Positions 1 through 11,856 of a stretch of DNA of 56,996 nt are shown here, in pieces. Numbering within the stretch: the first letter of the stretch is position 1; each line of letters starts with the position of its first letter. Position numbers and translations under genes: made by a program. A model generated the notes under the pieces. That model saw only the letters and a program-made list of their open reading frames with translations, did no database searches and was not told the origin of the DNA. The stretch lies in the sequence record DRR378314_630. One strand, written 5' to 3'.

Positions 1-1
1 G

Positions 2-79
2 GCAGAAGGCCAGCAGGTTGAGTTCACCGTAACTGACGGCCAGAAAGGTCCTCAGGCAGAGAACGTTGTTGCTGTTTAA
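2..79 (+). CDS. cold-shock protein, C-terminal part (5' end outside window)
   Basis: Frame from base 2 reads AEGQQVEFTVTDGQKGPQAENVVAV*, a typical CspA-family C-terminus. Confidence 0.92.
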   Translation, partial: AEGQQVEFTVTDGQKGPQAENVVAV

Positions 80-98
80 ATAACAGCCAGCACGTTTG

Positions 99-126
99 AA
101 AAAGGCAGCTTCGGCTGCCTTTTTTT
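99..126 (+). terminator. rho-independent terminator of the csp gene
   Basis: AAAAAGGCAGC-TTCG-GCTGCCTTTTTTT hairpin plus T tract. Confidence 0.9.
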
Positions 127-132
127 ATTGTC

Positions 133-183
133 CCCTCATAATTTCGTCATTGACCTGTCACCTACCTGACACCGTTTTGTCAC
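133..183 (+). promoter_or_regulatory. tandem Pho box (PhoB binding) upstream of ptxA
   Basis: CCCTCAT(133), TCGTCAT(144), CTGTCAC(155), CTGACAC(166), TTGTCAC(177) at exact 11-bp spacing; consensus half-site CTGTCAT. Confidence 0.85.
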
Positions 184-250
184 CCTCGAGGATTACCGTT
201 GCATTGTAACTCGCAATAAAGCGAGCTTATGTATTGCGAAAGGTGATTCC

Positions 251-1962
<1,712 letters not shown>

Positions 1963-1970
1963 GGGGCGTT

Positions 1971-2801
1971 ATGACTCACACGACGACGGAACCGGCGGCC
2001 CTGTCGCCGGCGCCGTCGGCTTCCGTGCTGGATGAACACGCACGGGGCTGGCGGAGCAAGCTCTGGCAGGCAGGCCTGGTACTGGCTGTGGTCTTCTTTG
2101 CCAGCTGGTACGTGGGCCTGCTCGACTTCCGCACGCTTGCCAACGGCGTTCCCGCGATCGGAACCCTGTTGGGAGAGTCGCTACCACCTGACTTCACCCA
2201 TGTGATGGACTGGGTATCGCCCCTGCTGGATACCCTGGCAATGAGTATTGCCGGCACGGCCATAGCCGTCTCGGCGTCCGTGCCCCTGGCCTTTCTGGCA
2301 GCCCGAAACACCACGCCCCATCCGGCGGTTTTCCACATCACCCGCACCATTCTGAATGGCCTGCGCTCCGTGCCGGAGCTCATCATGGGCATCATTTTCG
2401 TAGCGGCGGTGGGCTTTGGCGCGCTACCGGGTGTTCTGGCCCTTGGCCTGCATTCCATCGGCATGGTCGGTAAGTTCTTTGCTGAAGCCATCGAACATGT
2501 GGACGAAGCCCCCGTAGAAGCGGCCAATGCCTCCGGCGCCACCCGTTTGCAGGTGCTCTGGCACGCGGTTCTGCCCCAGGTGCTGCCACAGTTTGCCGAT
2601 GTGTCCATCTATCGCTGGGAATACAACTTTCGCGCCTCCACCGTCATGGGCATGGTCGGTGCCGGCGGCATCGGCTTCGAACTCATGGGGTCGTTGCGCA
2701 TCATGCAGTATCAGGAAGTCAGTGCCATCCTCATCGTCATATTGATGATGGTAACGCTGGTGGACAGCCTGAGCGGCCATCTCCGTAAGAAATTCAAATA
2801 A
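1971..2801 (+). CDS. ptxC: phosphite ABC transporter permease
   Basis: PhnE-family motifs YRWEYNFRASTVMGMVGAGGIG. Confidence 0.9.
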   Translation: MTHTTTEPAALSPAPSASVLDEHARGWRSKLWQAGLVLAVVFFASWYVGLLDFRTLANGVPAIGTLLGESLPPDFTHVMDWVSPLLDTLAMSIAGTAIAVSASVPLAFLAARNTTPHPAVFHITRTILNGLRSVPELIMGIIFVAAVGFGALPGVLALGLHSIGMVGKFFAEAIEHVDEAPVEAANASGATRLQVLWHAVLPQVLPQFADVSIYRWEYNFRASTVMGMVGAGGIGFELMGSLRIMQYQEVSAILIVILMMVTLVDSLSGHLRKKFK

Positions 2802-2810
2802 GGACAGCGA

Positions 2811-3821
2811 ATGAAACCAAGAGTTGTCATCACCCACCGAGTCCACGACAGTATCCTGGCCGGGCTGGAGCCCCACTGCGAGCTGATTACCAACCAGTCC
2901 GCCACCACCCTGCCACCGGACTCGGTGAGAGCCCGTGCGGCAACAGCCGATGCGATGATGGCGTTTATGCCAGATCGCATTAGCGAGGACTTTCTGATGG
3001 CCTGCCCGAACCTTAAGGTCATCGGCGCGGCCCTCAAGGGATTCGATAACTTTGACGTGGACGCCTGCACCCGTCACGGGGTCTGGCTGACCTTCGTGCC
3101 CGATTTGCTGACAGTGCCCACCGCGGAGCTCACCATCGGCTTAACCATCGGCCTGATTCGTCAGATCCGGCCGGCAGACCGGTTCGTCCGTTCTGGAGAG
3201 TTCAGGGGCTGGCAGCCTCACTTTTACGGCCTCGGCATTGAAGGCTCCACCATTGGCATCGTGGGCATGGGCGCCATTGGCAAAGCCGTCACGGCAAGAT
3301 TCCAGGGCTGGGGCGCGCGAATGCTGTACTCGCAACCGGAGAGCTTGCCGGCTGCCGAGGAAGACGCCTTGGGTCTTTCCCGCTCCGACCTGGATGACCT
3401 GTTGGCCGAATCCGACATCGTCATACTGGCCCTGGCGCTGAACGAACATACCCTGCACACCCTCAACGCCCACCGCCTGCGCCAGATGAAACCCGGTAGC
3501 TTTCTGATCAATCCCTGCCGAGGGTCCGTCGTGGACGAGGCAGCCGTTCTGCAATCGCTGATGTCCGGACATCTGGGTGGCTACGCCGCGGACGTGTTTG
3601 AAATGGAAGACTGGGCGAGAAAGGACCGCCCGCAGCGGATAGATCCGTCCCTGCTCGCCCACCCGAACACCCTGTTCACGGCACACACCGGCTCGGCCGT
3701 CAGAGACGTGAGACTCGCCATCGAGCAACGCGCTGCCGACAACATCCTTCAGGCGCTCAGAGGTGAGCAGCCCCAGGATGCGGTCAACTCACCCAACACA
3801 TCCAAGGGAACCGCATGCTGA
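2811..3821 (+). CDS. ptxD: NAD(P)-dependent phosphite dehydrogenase
   Basis: 336 aa, collinear with P. stutzeri PtxD as recalled; [10 protein letters not shown] (K76), NPCRGS (R237), FEMEDW, H292 region AHTGSA. Confidence 0.95.
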   Translation: MKPRVVITHRVHDSILAGLEPHCELITNQSATTLPPDSVRARAATADAMMAFMPDRISEDFLMACPNLKVIGAALKGFDNFDVDACTRHGVWLTFVPDLLTVPTAELTIGLTIGLIRQIRPADRFVRSGEFRGWQPHFYGLGIEGSTIGIVGMGAIGKAVTARFQGWGARMLYSQPESLPAAEEDALGLSRSDLDDLLAESDIVILALALNEHTLHTLNAHRLRQMKPGSFLINPCRGSVVDEAAVLQSLMSGHLGGYAADVFEMEDWARKDRPQRIDPSLLAHPNTLFTAHTGSAVRDVRLAIEQRAADNILQALRGEQPQDAVNSPNTSKGTAC

Positions 3822-4675
3822 ACCTGGTCTGGCTCAAGAGTTTTATCACCCTCGTTCAGCATCGCAGTTTCCAGGCCGCCGCCAATCACCTCGGAATCGC
3901 CCAGCCCACGCTTTCCCAGCACATTCAAAAACTGGAAGAGCAGATCGGCGCACTGCTGATCCAGCGCGGCAAGTCCGGTTGCGACCCCACCAGGGCGGCC
4001 CAGGCGTTGATGCCGTTCGCCCTCAGCATGTTGCGCCTGGACGAACGCGCACGGGAAGCGGTCACGGGGACAAGCCTGCGGGTAGGCGCCAGCTCAAACA
4101 TCGGTATCTACATGCTGCAGCCTCACGTTCGCTCCTTCATGGACCGGCAGGCGTCTCCGCATGTGGATCTGGTGATCGACAACAACCCCGCCATCGCTCG
4201 CCAGCTCACCAGCGGAGAGCTGGATATCGCGGTCATGGAATGGTGGCATCCCAAGCCAGGCTTCCAGGCCCGTGACTGGAAACAGGAGCCAGTGGTATTG
4301 ATTGTGCCGCCTGGCCACCCCTGTGCCGATATGACGCAGATCGACCGGGAAACCCTCGCTGGAATGACGCTGCTGGGCGGCGAACCAGGCACGGGAACCG
4401 GCCGCTTATTGGCGAACTTTTTTGGCGACAACGGGCCATTTCCGGACGTATCGAGGCAGCTAGGAAGCACCGAAGCCGTAAAGCAGGCGGTCAAGGCGGG
4501 GATGGGCATGTCGCTGGTGCTGGCCGCCGCCGTCACCGATGAAGTCCGGGCAGGTACGCTGAGAGCCATACCCGTCAGCGGTGCCGGGCTTGCCAAGGAA
4601 CTGATGGTCATCTGCCCCGAGACCATTGCCCAGCATCCACCGGTCTCCACCTTTGTCAGCCATCTGTGTCATTGA
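3815..4675 (+). CDS. ptxE: LysR-family regulator
   Basis: N-terminal LysR HTH ([17 protein letters not shown]); overlaps ptxD stop as in ptx operons. Confidence 0.85.
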   Translation: MLNLVWLKSFITLVQHRSFQAAANHLGIAQPTLSQHIQKLEEQIGALLIQRGKSGCDPTRAAQALMPFALSMLRLDERAREAVTGTSLRVGASSNIGIYMLQPHVRSFMDRQASPHVDLVIDNNPAIARQLTSGELDIAVMEWWHPKPGFQARDWKQEPVVLIVPPGHPCADMTQIDRETLAGMTLLGGEPGTGTGRLLANFFGDNGPFPDVSRQLGSTEAVKQAVKAGMGMSLVLAAAVTDEVRAGTLRAIPVSGAGLAKELMVICPETIAQHPPVSTFVSHLCH

Positions 4676-4694
4676 GAAAGACCCTGGTACAGGG

Positions 4695-5366
4695 TTACCA
4701 GGGCAACTCTTCCCCATTGCTGTGCCAAAAGGAACCGGTGTTTTCCAGGTTCAGGCCTTCAATTCTCGCGGCTAACCCCTTTGCAGACTCTTCGGGCGTG
4801 ATCAGTCCACCGAAGTTCACCATCCGGGTTTGCACGTAACCAGGGTGGAGCTGAGCCACCGCAATGCCTTTGGGCTTAAGGTCCATCGCCAGTGACTTGC
4901 CAAAGGCGTTCAGTGCCGCCTTGGAAGCACGATAGCCATAGCGGCCGCCGGAATCGTTGTCTGCAATGGATCCCATCCGACTGGTGATGTTGGCAATCTT
5001 GCCACCGTAAGGTATCTGGGACATCAACGCTTCCGCCACCCTCAGCGGCGCATAGGCGTTGATTTCCATCTGGGTGCGGATGGAATCGAAATCGATGCTG
5101 CCCAGTTTTTCATCCTGCAGCAGACCCGCGTTATTGATCAGCAGATCAACGGACTGGCCCTTCAATCCATCAATTAGGGTCTGAAGGCCACTCGCCGTGG
5201 TGACATCGACAGAGTCAATTACCCGAGTCGCCACTTCCTTGAGCTCGGATGACGATTCGCGGCAAACGCCAATCACATCGCAGCCTTCACCCGCATAGTG
5301 ACGGGCCAACTCAAGGCCGATGCCACGATTGGCACCGGTAATCAAAACGGTTCTGTGTTCAGGCAT
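4695..5366 (-). CDS. short-chain dehydrogenase/reductase (C-factor-like)
   Basis: TGANRGIG, NNAG, YRASK motifs. Confidence 0.9.
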   Translation of the reverse strand: MPEHRTVLITGANRGIGLELARHYAGEGCDVIGVCRESSSELKEVATRVIDSVDVTTASGLQTLIDGLKGQSVDLLINNAGLLQDEKLGSIDFDSIRTQMEINAYAPLRVAEALMSQIPYGGKIANITSRMGSIADNDSGGRYGYRASKAALNAFGKSLAMDLKPKGIAVAQLHPGYVQTRMVNFGGLITPEESAKGLAARIEGLNLENTGSFWHSNGEELPW

Positions 5367-5420
5367 GGAAATCTCCTGTGCTTGGTAAAGGTCCGTTATA
5401 CGTGCTGGCCACTGCAGGGT

Positions 5421-6224
5421 TCAACCCTCAAATTGAGAGAAAAATCGCCGGGCATTGTCGTTGGCGGGAAAGATCATCTCGACCCGTAGCTCCGAGAGAA
5501 ACACGTCGTTCACGGGCCCGAAGTGCGCGATCATCGTCGTGGTTTCCAGGATCTCTCCGCCCATTCTAAGGCGCGTATGGATCGAAGGGCTGGCCGGCAT
5601 CATTTCTGGCCTGGGCGTGTCCCGCAACAGGCCCTGGACTTCCTGGATAAGCGTCTGCATACGCTTGTCCCCCTGGTAACGGGAAGCGTCATTGACCAGA
5701 TGCTCATAGGCCGCCCAGGCAACCTCGTTCCAGTTTACAACCAGCTCTTTCCATTTTGGTGACGACAGGTATACCTGATAAAGGTTCGCGGGCGGGTCTG
5801 TCTTGAACTCAGGGAACATCAGGAACGCGGTCGCGTTGCCATCTACCACATCGCCCCAGCGATTGAGCACCAGGGCGGGATAAGGCTGATGATTGGTGAT
5901 CAGCTCGTGAATGGCCTCGCGGTAGACCGCCAATTCCTGGCTGTCGTAGTCCTCTTCGAAATAGGCTGCCGGCAACCCGGCAGCCATCAACATGTCGTTG
6001 CGTTCACGCAGCGGAACCTCAAGGGTTCCAGCCAGCTTGAGCACCAGATCCCGCTTGGGGCGTGAACGGCCGGTTTCAATAAAGGAAAGATGTCGGGGTG
6101 AGATGCCCGCTTCCAGCGCCAGATTCAACTGGCTCATTCCCCTATGGCGTCGCCAATACCGCAACTTGTGGCCAAACGCGCTGTGTTCACCACCTCGGGA
6201 AATCGACGTTTCGCTGACAGTCAT
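5421..6224 (-). CDS. XRE-family HTH regulator with MmyB-like ligand-binding domain
   Basis: SQLNLALEAGISPRHLSFIETGRSRP HTH; HQPYPALVLNRWGDVV and ELRVEMIFPA. Confidence 0.85.
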   Translation of the reverse strand: MTVSETSISRGGEHSAFGHKLRYWRRHRGMSQLNLALEAGISPRHLSFIETGRSRPKRDLVLKLAGTLEVPLRERNDMLMAAGLPAAYFEEDYDSQELAVYREAIHELITNHQPYPALVLNRWGDVVDGNATAFLMFPEFKTDPPANLYQVYLSSPKWKELVVNWNEVAWAAYEHLVNDASRYQGDKRMQTLIQEVQGLLRDTPRPEMMPASPSIHTRLRMGGEILETTTMIAHFGPVNDVFLSELRVEMIFPANDNARRFFSQFEG

Positions 6225-6333
6225 GTTGCCTGGCCTTTACCTAATCGGGAAGTGCGCCGGTATGGCTACGGGCGCATGATCTTTGTCGAGAGCATAACCA
6301 ATTTTGACAACCCGTACACGGAGGCACACTGCC

Positions 6334-6675
6334 ATGATACTGACTCGCGTCGTCCCACTGGTTTTCGTACTGTTCACCAGCTTCACACTGTGGGTGCTGG
6401 CCACCTCGGATCAGGACTTCTGGCAATGGTTCCTCAGCCTGTTCACCGAAAAGGAATCCCTGCAGGTGGTCCTGGATCTGGGCATCGCTGTACTGCTCCT
6501 GATGTACTTTCTGTATCGCGACCATGTTACCCAAGGCGGACGTTTAAAGAGCTTTGTTCCCTTTCTGATCGCCACACCGCTTGTTGGCGTGATTGCGCCA
6601 CTCAGCTATCTGACCCTGCGGGCACTCCAGCCACGGTGGTTCACGACTGCAGCCCCGGGCCCAAAACGTCCCTGA
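6334..6675 (+). CDS. small membrane protein (DUF2834-like)
   Basis: Three hydrophobic helices; ATG at 6334 after GGAGG; divergent from XRE regulator. Confidence 0.6.
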   Translation: MILTRVVPLVFVLFTSFTLWVLATSDQDFWQWFLSLFTEKESLQVVLDLGIAVLLLMYFLYRDHVTQGGRLKSFVPFLIATPLVGVIAPLSYLTLRALQPRWFTTAAPGPKRP

Positions 6676-6780
6676 AACAAACCATTGAAACCGGGCTCCG
6701 GTGTCTGTTTGTCGGAGCCTCAACAGTTGACTCTCACAGGCAGCCCTTCCACTATTCGGGAAAACAATAAGGCATTGCCC

Positions 6781-7794
6781 GTGACTCAGAACTCTTTCAA
6801 GGTCGTTATATTTGGCGCCGGCAGTATCGGCTGTTACCTCGGCGGAAGGCTGCTGGCGGCCGGTGTTGACGTGGTCATGGTGGGTCGACAGACCATGCAG
6901 GTGCGCCTTCAGTCCACCCCGCTGACGGTCACCGACTACGAGGGTTTTCGCTTCCACAGCCAACTGGCCGATCATCAGTATGTGACCTCCGCCGAGGCAG
7001 CGGGCAACGCCGATCTTGTGCTGGTAACGGTCAAGTCGGCCGCTACATCCGAGGCCGGTAAACAGCTCGCGCCCTGGGTTAGGCACGGCGTACCGGTGGT
7101 CAGCCTGCAAAACGGAATTTCCAACGCAGAACATCTCCAGGCTGCCATGCCCAACGCCAACGTATTGGCCGGTATGGTTCCATTCAATGTGCTGCAACAG
7201 GAGCCGGGGCACTTCCACCAAGGTACCGAAGGCCACCTGATGGCTCACCGGCACCCGTCACTGGAACCGGCGCTACTCTGGTTTGAGCGCGCAGGGCTAC
7301 CCCTGGAACTGCGAAGCGACATCGAATCGGTGATGTGGTCCAAGTTACTACTGAACCTGAATAACCCGGTGAACGCTCTGTCCGGTGTGCCACTGCTGGA
7401 AGAGCTCTCACAACGGGATTATCGCCGTTGCCTGGCGATGGCCCAGAGAGAGACACTGCAACTCCTTAAAGCGGCGGGGATACCAACGGTAAAACTCACA
7501 GGCCTGCCAACCCACCTCATACCCATGATGATGTCCCTTCCGGACTGGCTGTTTACCCGACTCGCCAAACGGATGCTCACTATTGATCCCGTTGCCCGCT
7601 CCTCCATGTGGGAAGACCTCCAGGCCGGGCGACCGACAGAAATTGACTGGATCAACGGGGAAGTGGTCAAGCTTGCCGAGAAGTTGCGCATGGACGCACC
7701 GGTCAATCGCAAACTCGTGCAGTTGATGCATGAACGAGAGACAACGCCGACAACCTGGGGCGCGACCGAACTGCTGAATGAACTCACTGGTTAA
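6781..7794 (+). CDS. 2-dehydropantoate 2-reductase family protein
   Basis: GAGSIG, VSLQNG, WSKLLLNLNN, SSMWEDL..RPTEID..NG (PanE/ApbA family); GTG start at 6781 inferred. Confidence 0.88.
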   Translation: MTQNSFKVVIFGAGSIGCYLGGRLLAAGVDVVMVGRQTMQVRLQSTPLTVTDYEGFRFHSQLADHQYVTSAEAAGNADLVLVTVKSAATSEAGKQLAPWVRHGVPVVSLQNGISNAEHLQAAMPNANVLAGMVPFNVLQQEPGHFHQGTEGHLMAHRHPSLEPALLWFERAGLPLELRSDIESVMWSKLLLNLNNPVNALSGVPLLEELSQRDYRRCLAMAQRETLQLLKAAGIPTVKLTGLPTHLIPMMMSLPDWLFTRLAKRMLTIDPVARSSMWEDLQAGRPTEIDWINGEVVKLAEKLRMDAPVNRKLVQLMHERETTPTTWGATELLNELTG

Positions 7795-7986
7795 CCAAGG
7801 CCGTATAGGCCGCCGGTCAGAGAGGGACACGCCGTTTCGAGAGCCCCATCACACTTAACGTCATCCCGCCGAAAAAGACAAAAAACCTGCCACTTCTGAC
7901 CTGCCACTCTGATCACAATTTGTGCACGTTGCCAATGGATGGTGCCTTATCAGGCACCGTTCATCCCCAACAACGGAGACACAATA

Positions 7987-8766
7987 ATGAACAACATCCG
8001 ATGCTGTGACGAAAGAGACACCTCTTTCAGGGGGCATCCCCTGCTTAGACTCCTGGCCATCACCGCGATGGCCATAGCCATGACAGGCTGCGGCCAGCTG
8101 GGGCAGTTACTCAGCAACCCCCAGGTCTCTGATGCCGATAACGATCAGGTGATCTTCCTCGGCGATTCGATCTTTGCCCTATCCGGTAAAATCCAGGACG
8201 AGCTGGAAGCCAAGGCGGGGGAAACCTTTCGCCGCTACACGGTCTCCGGTGCCGAACTCACCGGCGGGTTCCTCGCCCCCTCTGTCGTGGAGCAGTTTGC
8301 CACCGCTCAGGAGGACAATCCCGACATTCGCACCATGGTTGGCAACGGCGGCGGCAACGACATCCTCATTCCGGCGATTGCCCTTGATCCATACAACTGC
8401 AAAACCCAGTGGTATCAGTTCGGCCGTCTCAGCAGCAAATGCAAGGATCTGATCGATGATCTGTATGTGGACGGGGTGAACTATCTGAACGAACTGGCCG
8501 ACGCCGGTGTGGAAAACGGCGTGCTGGTGGGTTACTACTACACCAAAAACGGCCTGTTTCGCCTTAAAAGCATGAAACAGGCGGTCGACTACGGCAATAA
8601 AATCCTCGCCAGGGCCTGCGAATACTCCACTCTCAACTGCACCTTCGTGGACCCAAGGCAGGTTGTGAACGAAAGCGACATCATCTTCGATGGCATACAC
8701 CCGGCCGATAGCGGCTCCCAAAAGATCGCGGAGTTGATCTGGCCGAAACTCCAGCCGTTGCTGTAA
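7987..8766 (+). CDS. SGNH/GDSL hydrolase lipoprotein
   Basis: Lipobox-like AMTGC; FLGDSI, GGGND, DGIHP catalytic blocks. Confidence 0.85.
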   Translation: MNNIRCCDERDTSFRGHPLLRLLAITAMAIAMTGCGQLGQLLSNPQVSDADNDQVIFLGDSIFALSGKIQDELEAKAGETFRRYTVSGAELTGGFLAPSVVEQFATAQEDNPDIRTMVGNGGGNDILIPAIALDPYNCKTQWYQFGRLSSKCKDLIDDLYVDGVNYLNELADAGVENGVLVGYYYTKNGLFRLKSMKQAVDYGNKILARACEYSTLNCTFVDPRQVVNESDIIFDGIHPADSGSQKIAELIWPKLQPLL

Positions 8767-8835
8767 ATCAACCAGGGGGGCGCCAGCGACGTTAAACGGC
8801 GCACCCCTGATCACCGGCACATAGGTAACCACACC

Positions 8836-9705
8836 GTGAAAACAACCCTTTGGCTCACCGGGGTGGCCACGATGATTCTGGCCACCGCCGGCTATATCCA
8901 TGGCCTTCCGCCAGCGCCGGAAAAGTCGCTGATGTCGGACAACTCGGCCACGCCAGTGCAATCCGGGCAACCATCCCCATCCTCATCCTCATCCCCATCG
9001 CTGTCGGCACAGTCGCAGACGCCATCCGCCCTGACCACAGAGGATCTCGAAAAGCTCGCGGCGTACGAGCAATGGCTGGAAGACCATCTGCTACTGCTAC
9101 AGGGAATGCCTATGCTTGAACGCCAGACAGCGCTCTGGGAAAAGCGGGAAGCACTGTTCGGCGACGACGCCAGCCGCCTATGGGGCGAGCGGGAATCTCC
9201 CATGCATGCGAATCAGGATGCTTTCCAGGCGGAACTCCAGCGGCTGGACCAGGCTCATGACATCACCCCGGAAGAAACCGCGCATCAGCTTAAAACCACG
9301 GTAGAAACACTCTACAACAATGATATGGCTCGACAGCTCATCGGCCCGGAGGTCATGGCTCGCACCTTGTTCAGCCTCGATGCTGTCCAGAGCCACCTCC
9401 ACACGTTGCCGGCAGACGCTCGCCAGGCACGCATCAATAGCCTGCGCAGCCAGATGGGCTACCCTGAGGACGCCATCAGCCGGCTTGAAAAGCAGGACCA
9501 GCAACGCAACGAACGTTGGCGAAACGGCAACGCCTACATGGAAGAACGAGCCCAGCTTGGACGGCGCTATTCCGGAGAGCACCTGAATGAGGCGCTGGAC
9601 GAGTTGCGTGAAGAACACTTCGGCCGCTCCGCCAAAACCATTGCCCTTGAAGAACAGGACGGATTTTTCCGGTTTGAGCGAGAGCGTCGATTTGGGGTTA
9701 ACTGA
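8836..9705 (+). CDS. membrane-anchored helical protein, lipase-chaperone (foldase)-like
   Basis: N-terminal TM, Ser/Pro linker, helical charged body with 'REALFG', 'RLEKQDQQRNERW', 'LREEHFG' resembling Lif proteins. Confidence 0.55.
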   Translation: MKTTLWLTGVATMILATAGYIHGLPPAPEKSLMSDNSATPVQSGQPSPSSSSSPSLSAQSQTPSALTTEDLEKLAAYEQWLEDHLLLLQGMPMLERQTALWEKREALFGDDASRLWGERESPMHANQDAFQAELQRLDQAHDITPEETAHQLKTTVETLYNNDMARQLIGPEVMARTLFSLDAVQSHLHTLPADARQARINSLRSQMGYPEDAISRLEKQDQQRNERWRNGNAYMEERAQLGRRYSGEHLNEALDELREEHFGRSAKTIALEEQDGFFRFERERRFGVN

Positions 9706-9714
9706 AGCCCGCCA

Positions 9715-10794
9715 TCACAATCGGTGAACGTTCCGTGACGGATCAAAACGGGTGGGCTTTTCCGCCACCTCTCCGTTCAACGACGCTTTGAAGAAATCCA
9801 TAACTTTCGCGTTCTTTAGCGGCGTTTCCTCAAAGTAGGCGTGCGAATCTCCCACATGGGGCTGGCCGGTAAAATCGATATAGGTCGCCACCCTGGAATC
9901 GAGCCGTCGCAGGTAGTGCCCCAGCCTGGCTTTTTGCTGTTCCCCCATTTTCAGGCGAGACGCTTTCAGGGCGCCGTCGTTTTCGTTGATGGTGATGTAA
10001 AGACGGTTGCGGTACGGAATCCGGTCCACCCATTCCCCATGCTCTTCGTTGTTGGTATCGGCCGCCACCATCACCACGTTGTCGAACAGAAGCCGATCAC
10101 CGCTGTAGACCGAACTCCCCAGCAAATGCTTGTAGAGATAGTTCCCCATACTGTGCAGCATCAGGTTCACAGTGAACGGGCAGTGCTTTTCGACTTCCTT
10201 CGCGAAATAGCGATCCCACGCAGCCGCGTTATCCGTAAACCGGGCTTCCGCCCGCGCTTCCAGCTCAATCACGTACTGGGCATGGAACTCGCTCACAAGG
10301 GCTTCCAGCTTCTCCAGCACGCGGTTGAATGCGCCCACCGAGGCAAGAGCATCCCGCTTATCACTCTTGTAGCTGAGCACCCCATGCAACCCTCCACCAT
10401 TGGCCGGCCAACTGAACACAATCACTTCAACATCGAAGTTCCGCTCCAACCTTTCCGCACGATCAAGCACATCGGTCATATCATTGTTGAAGCCATGCAC
10501 AAACAACAGCAGGTTCTTTCCCTTTGCGCGCGCACCGGCACCATGGCCGGATTTCTCGATCAGCTTGCGGGCCACGTAGGCGCTGGCCGGGTAGGTATTG
10601 TCGGGATTCAGGTCAACACTCTCCGCCATTTTCGGCGTGATCTGGTCAGGCAGGATATCGATATGCCAGCGATTTCCGCGGCGAGACGCCTCCGCCAGCC
10701 GCAACTCGTTGGGGCCTTCTATGGGCTTACTGCCAAAGGCCTCGCTTTCGGTGTGTTTGCTTTCATCAACGGTTCGATTGGTCACAATATACAT
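9715..10794 (-). CDS. alpha/beta hydrolase (DUF900-like)
   Basis: FVHGFNN, FSWP, LHSMGNY, HAYF motifs. Confidence 0.8.
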   Translation of the reverse strand: MYIVTNRTVDESKHTESEAFGSKPIEGPNELRLAEASRRGNRWHIDILPDQITPKMAESVDLNPDNTYPASAYVARKLIEKSGHGAGARAKGKNLLLFVHGFNNDMTDVLDRAERLERNFDVEVIVFSWPANGGGLHGVLSYKSDKRDALASVGAFNRVLEKLEALVSEFHAQYVIELEARAEARFTDNAAAWDRYFAKEVEKHCPFTVNLMLHSMGNYLYKHLLGSSVYSGDRLLFDNVVMVAADTNNEEHGEWVDRIPYRNRLYITINENDGALKASRLKMGEQQKARLGHYLRRLDSRVATYIDFTGQPHVGDSHAYFEETPLKNAKVMDFFKASLNGEVAEKPTRFDPSRNVHRL

Positions 10795-11009
10795 GGAGCA
10801 GCTTCCTTTGTGCTTCCATGCCACGGAACAACCTGGTGGCCACTACGGATAGGAAATCGTGATAAGTTTCCTGACGATGGTCCTTCAACACCTTATGATG
10901 GACAGCGTCAGAGGTCGGTGGTGGTTTGGGATAACCCCGCTCCACCTTCTACTTAATTAGCAAACTGAACTAAAATGTCAAACCCCAACAGAGTAACGGA
11001 ACCCCGCCA

Positions 11010-11828
11010 ATGCTGATTTATACCTTCTGTGCGTTGGCAGTCATTGCCGCCTCTGTTTTCTATTTGTTCTTCTACCGCAGTTGGCGGCGGCAAAGGCAGC
11101 TTCAGAAGCCCTTCCCGGAGCACTGGCGCAAAACGCTCCAATCGCAACTGCCGTTGTTCAACGGGCTCTCCCCCAAACTCAGGCAACAGCTGGAACAGCA
11201 CGTGCAACTGTTCCTCGCGGAAAAAACGTTCTATGGCTGCGACGGGTTCGAGGTAGACGATACCGTGCGCTTAACCATCGCTGGGCATGCCTGCCTGCTG
11301 ATCGTTGCCCGCAACTATTCCGATTTCGACGAGATACGCAGCGTACTGGTCTATCCCGACGCCTACCATGTCAGGGATGTTGAGAACGATGGCCTGGTGG
11401 TGAGTGTGAGCAACGAGATTCGCGCTGGCGAGGCCTCCAGTCGCGGCCAGGTGGTTCTGGCCTGGGCGGAATGCCAGGAAGGTGCGGTAAACCCGGACGG
11501 GCACCACAACGTGATCCTTCATGAGTTCGCCCACCAACTGGACTACCTGGACGGCACGGCCGATGGCGCTCCCCCGCTCAGCGGCGAACAGGCGCAACAC
11601 TGGCAGGACACCATGACCCGGGCCTACGAACACCTGCGGCATTCCCTGCAACACCACCAGAAGCCCTGGCTGGACCCTTATGGCGCTACCGAGCCCGCCG
11701 AGTTTTTTGCGGTTCTCACAGAAGCATTCTTTCAGCAACCTGACCATCTGAAAGAAGAACAGCCCGAAGTTTACGAGGCGTTGTGCGGGTTCTACCGATT
11801 GGACCCAATCTCGCTCTCAGTTCATTAG
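11010..11828 (+). CDS. M90 family zinc peptidase (MtfA-like)
   Basis: HEFAHQLD and YGATEPAEFFAV..EAFF. Confidence 0.9.
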   Translation: MLIYTFCALAVIAASVFYLFFYRSWRRQRQLQKPFPEHWRKTLQSQLPLFNGLSPKLRQQLEQHVQLFLAEKTFYGCDGFEVDDTVRLTIAGHACLLIVARNYSDFDEIRSVLVYPDAYHVRDVENDGLVVSVSNEIRAGEASSRGQVVLAWAECQEGAVNPDGHHNVILHEFAHQLDYLDGTADGAPPLSGEQAQHWQDTMTRAYEHLRHSLQHHQKPWLDPYGATEPAEFFAVLTEAFFQQPDHLKEEQPEVYEALCGFYRLDPISLSVH

Positions 11829-11856
11829 AGGTCATTGATCATAGAGGGAACAACTC

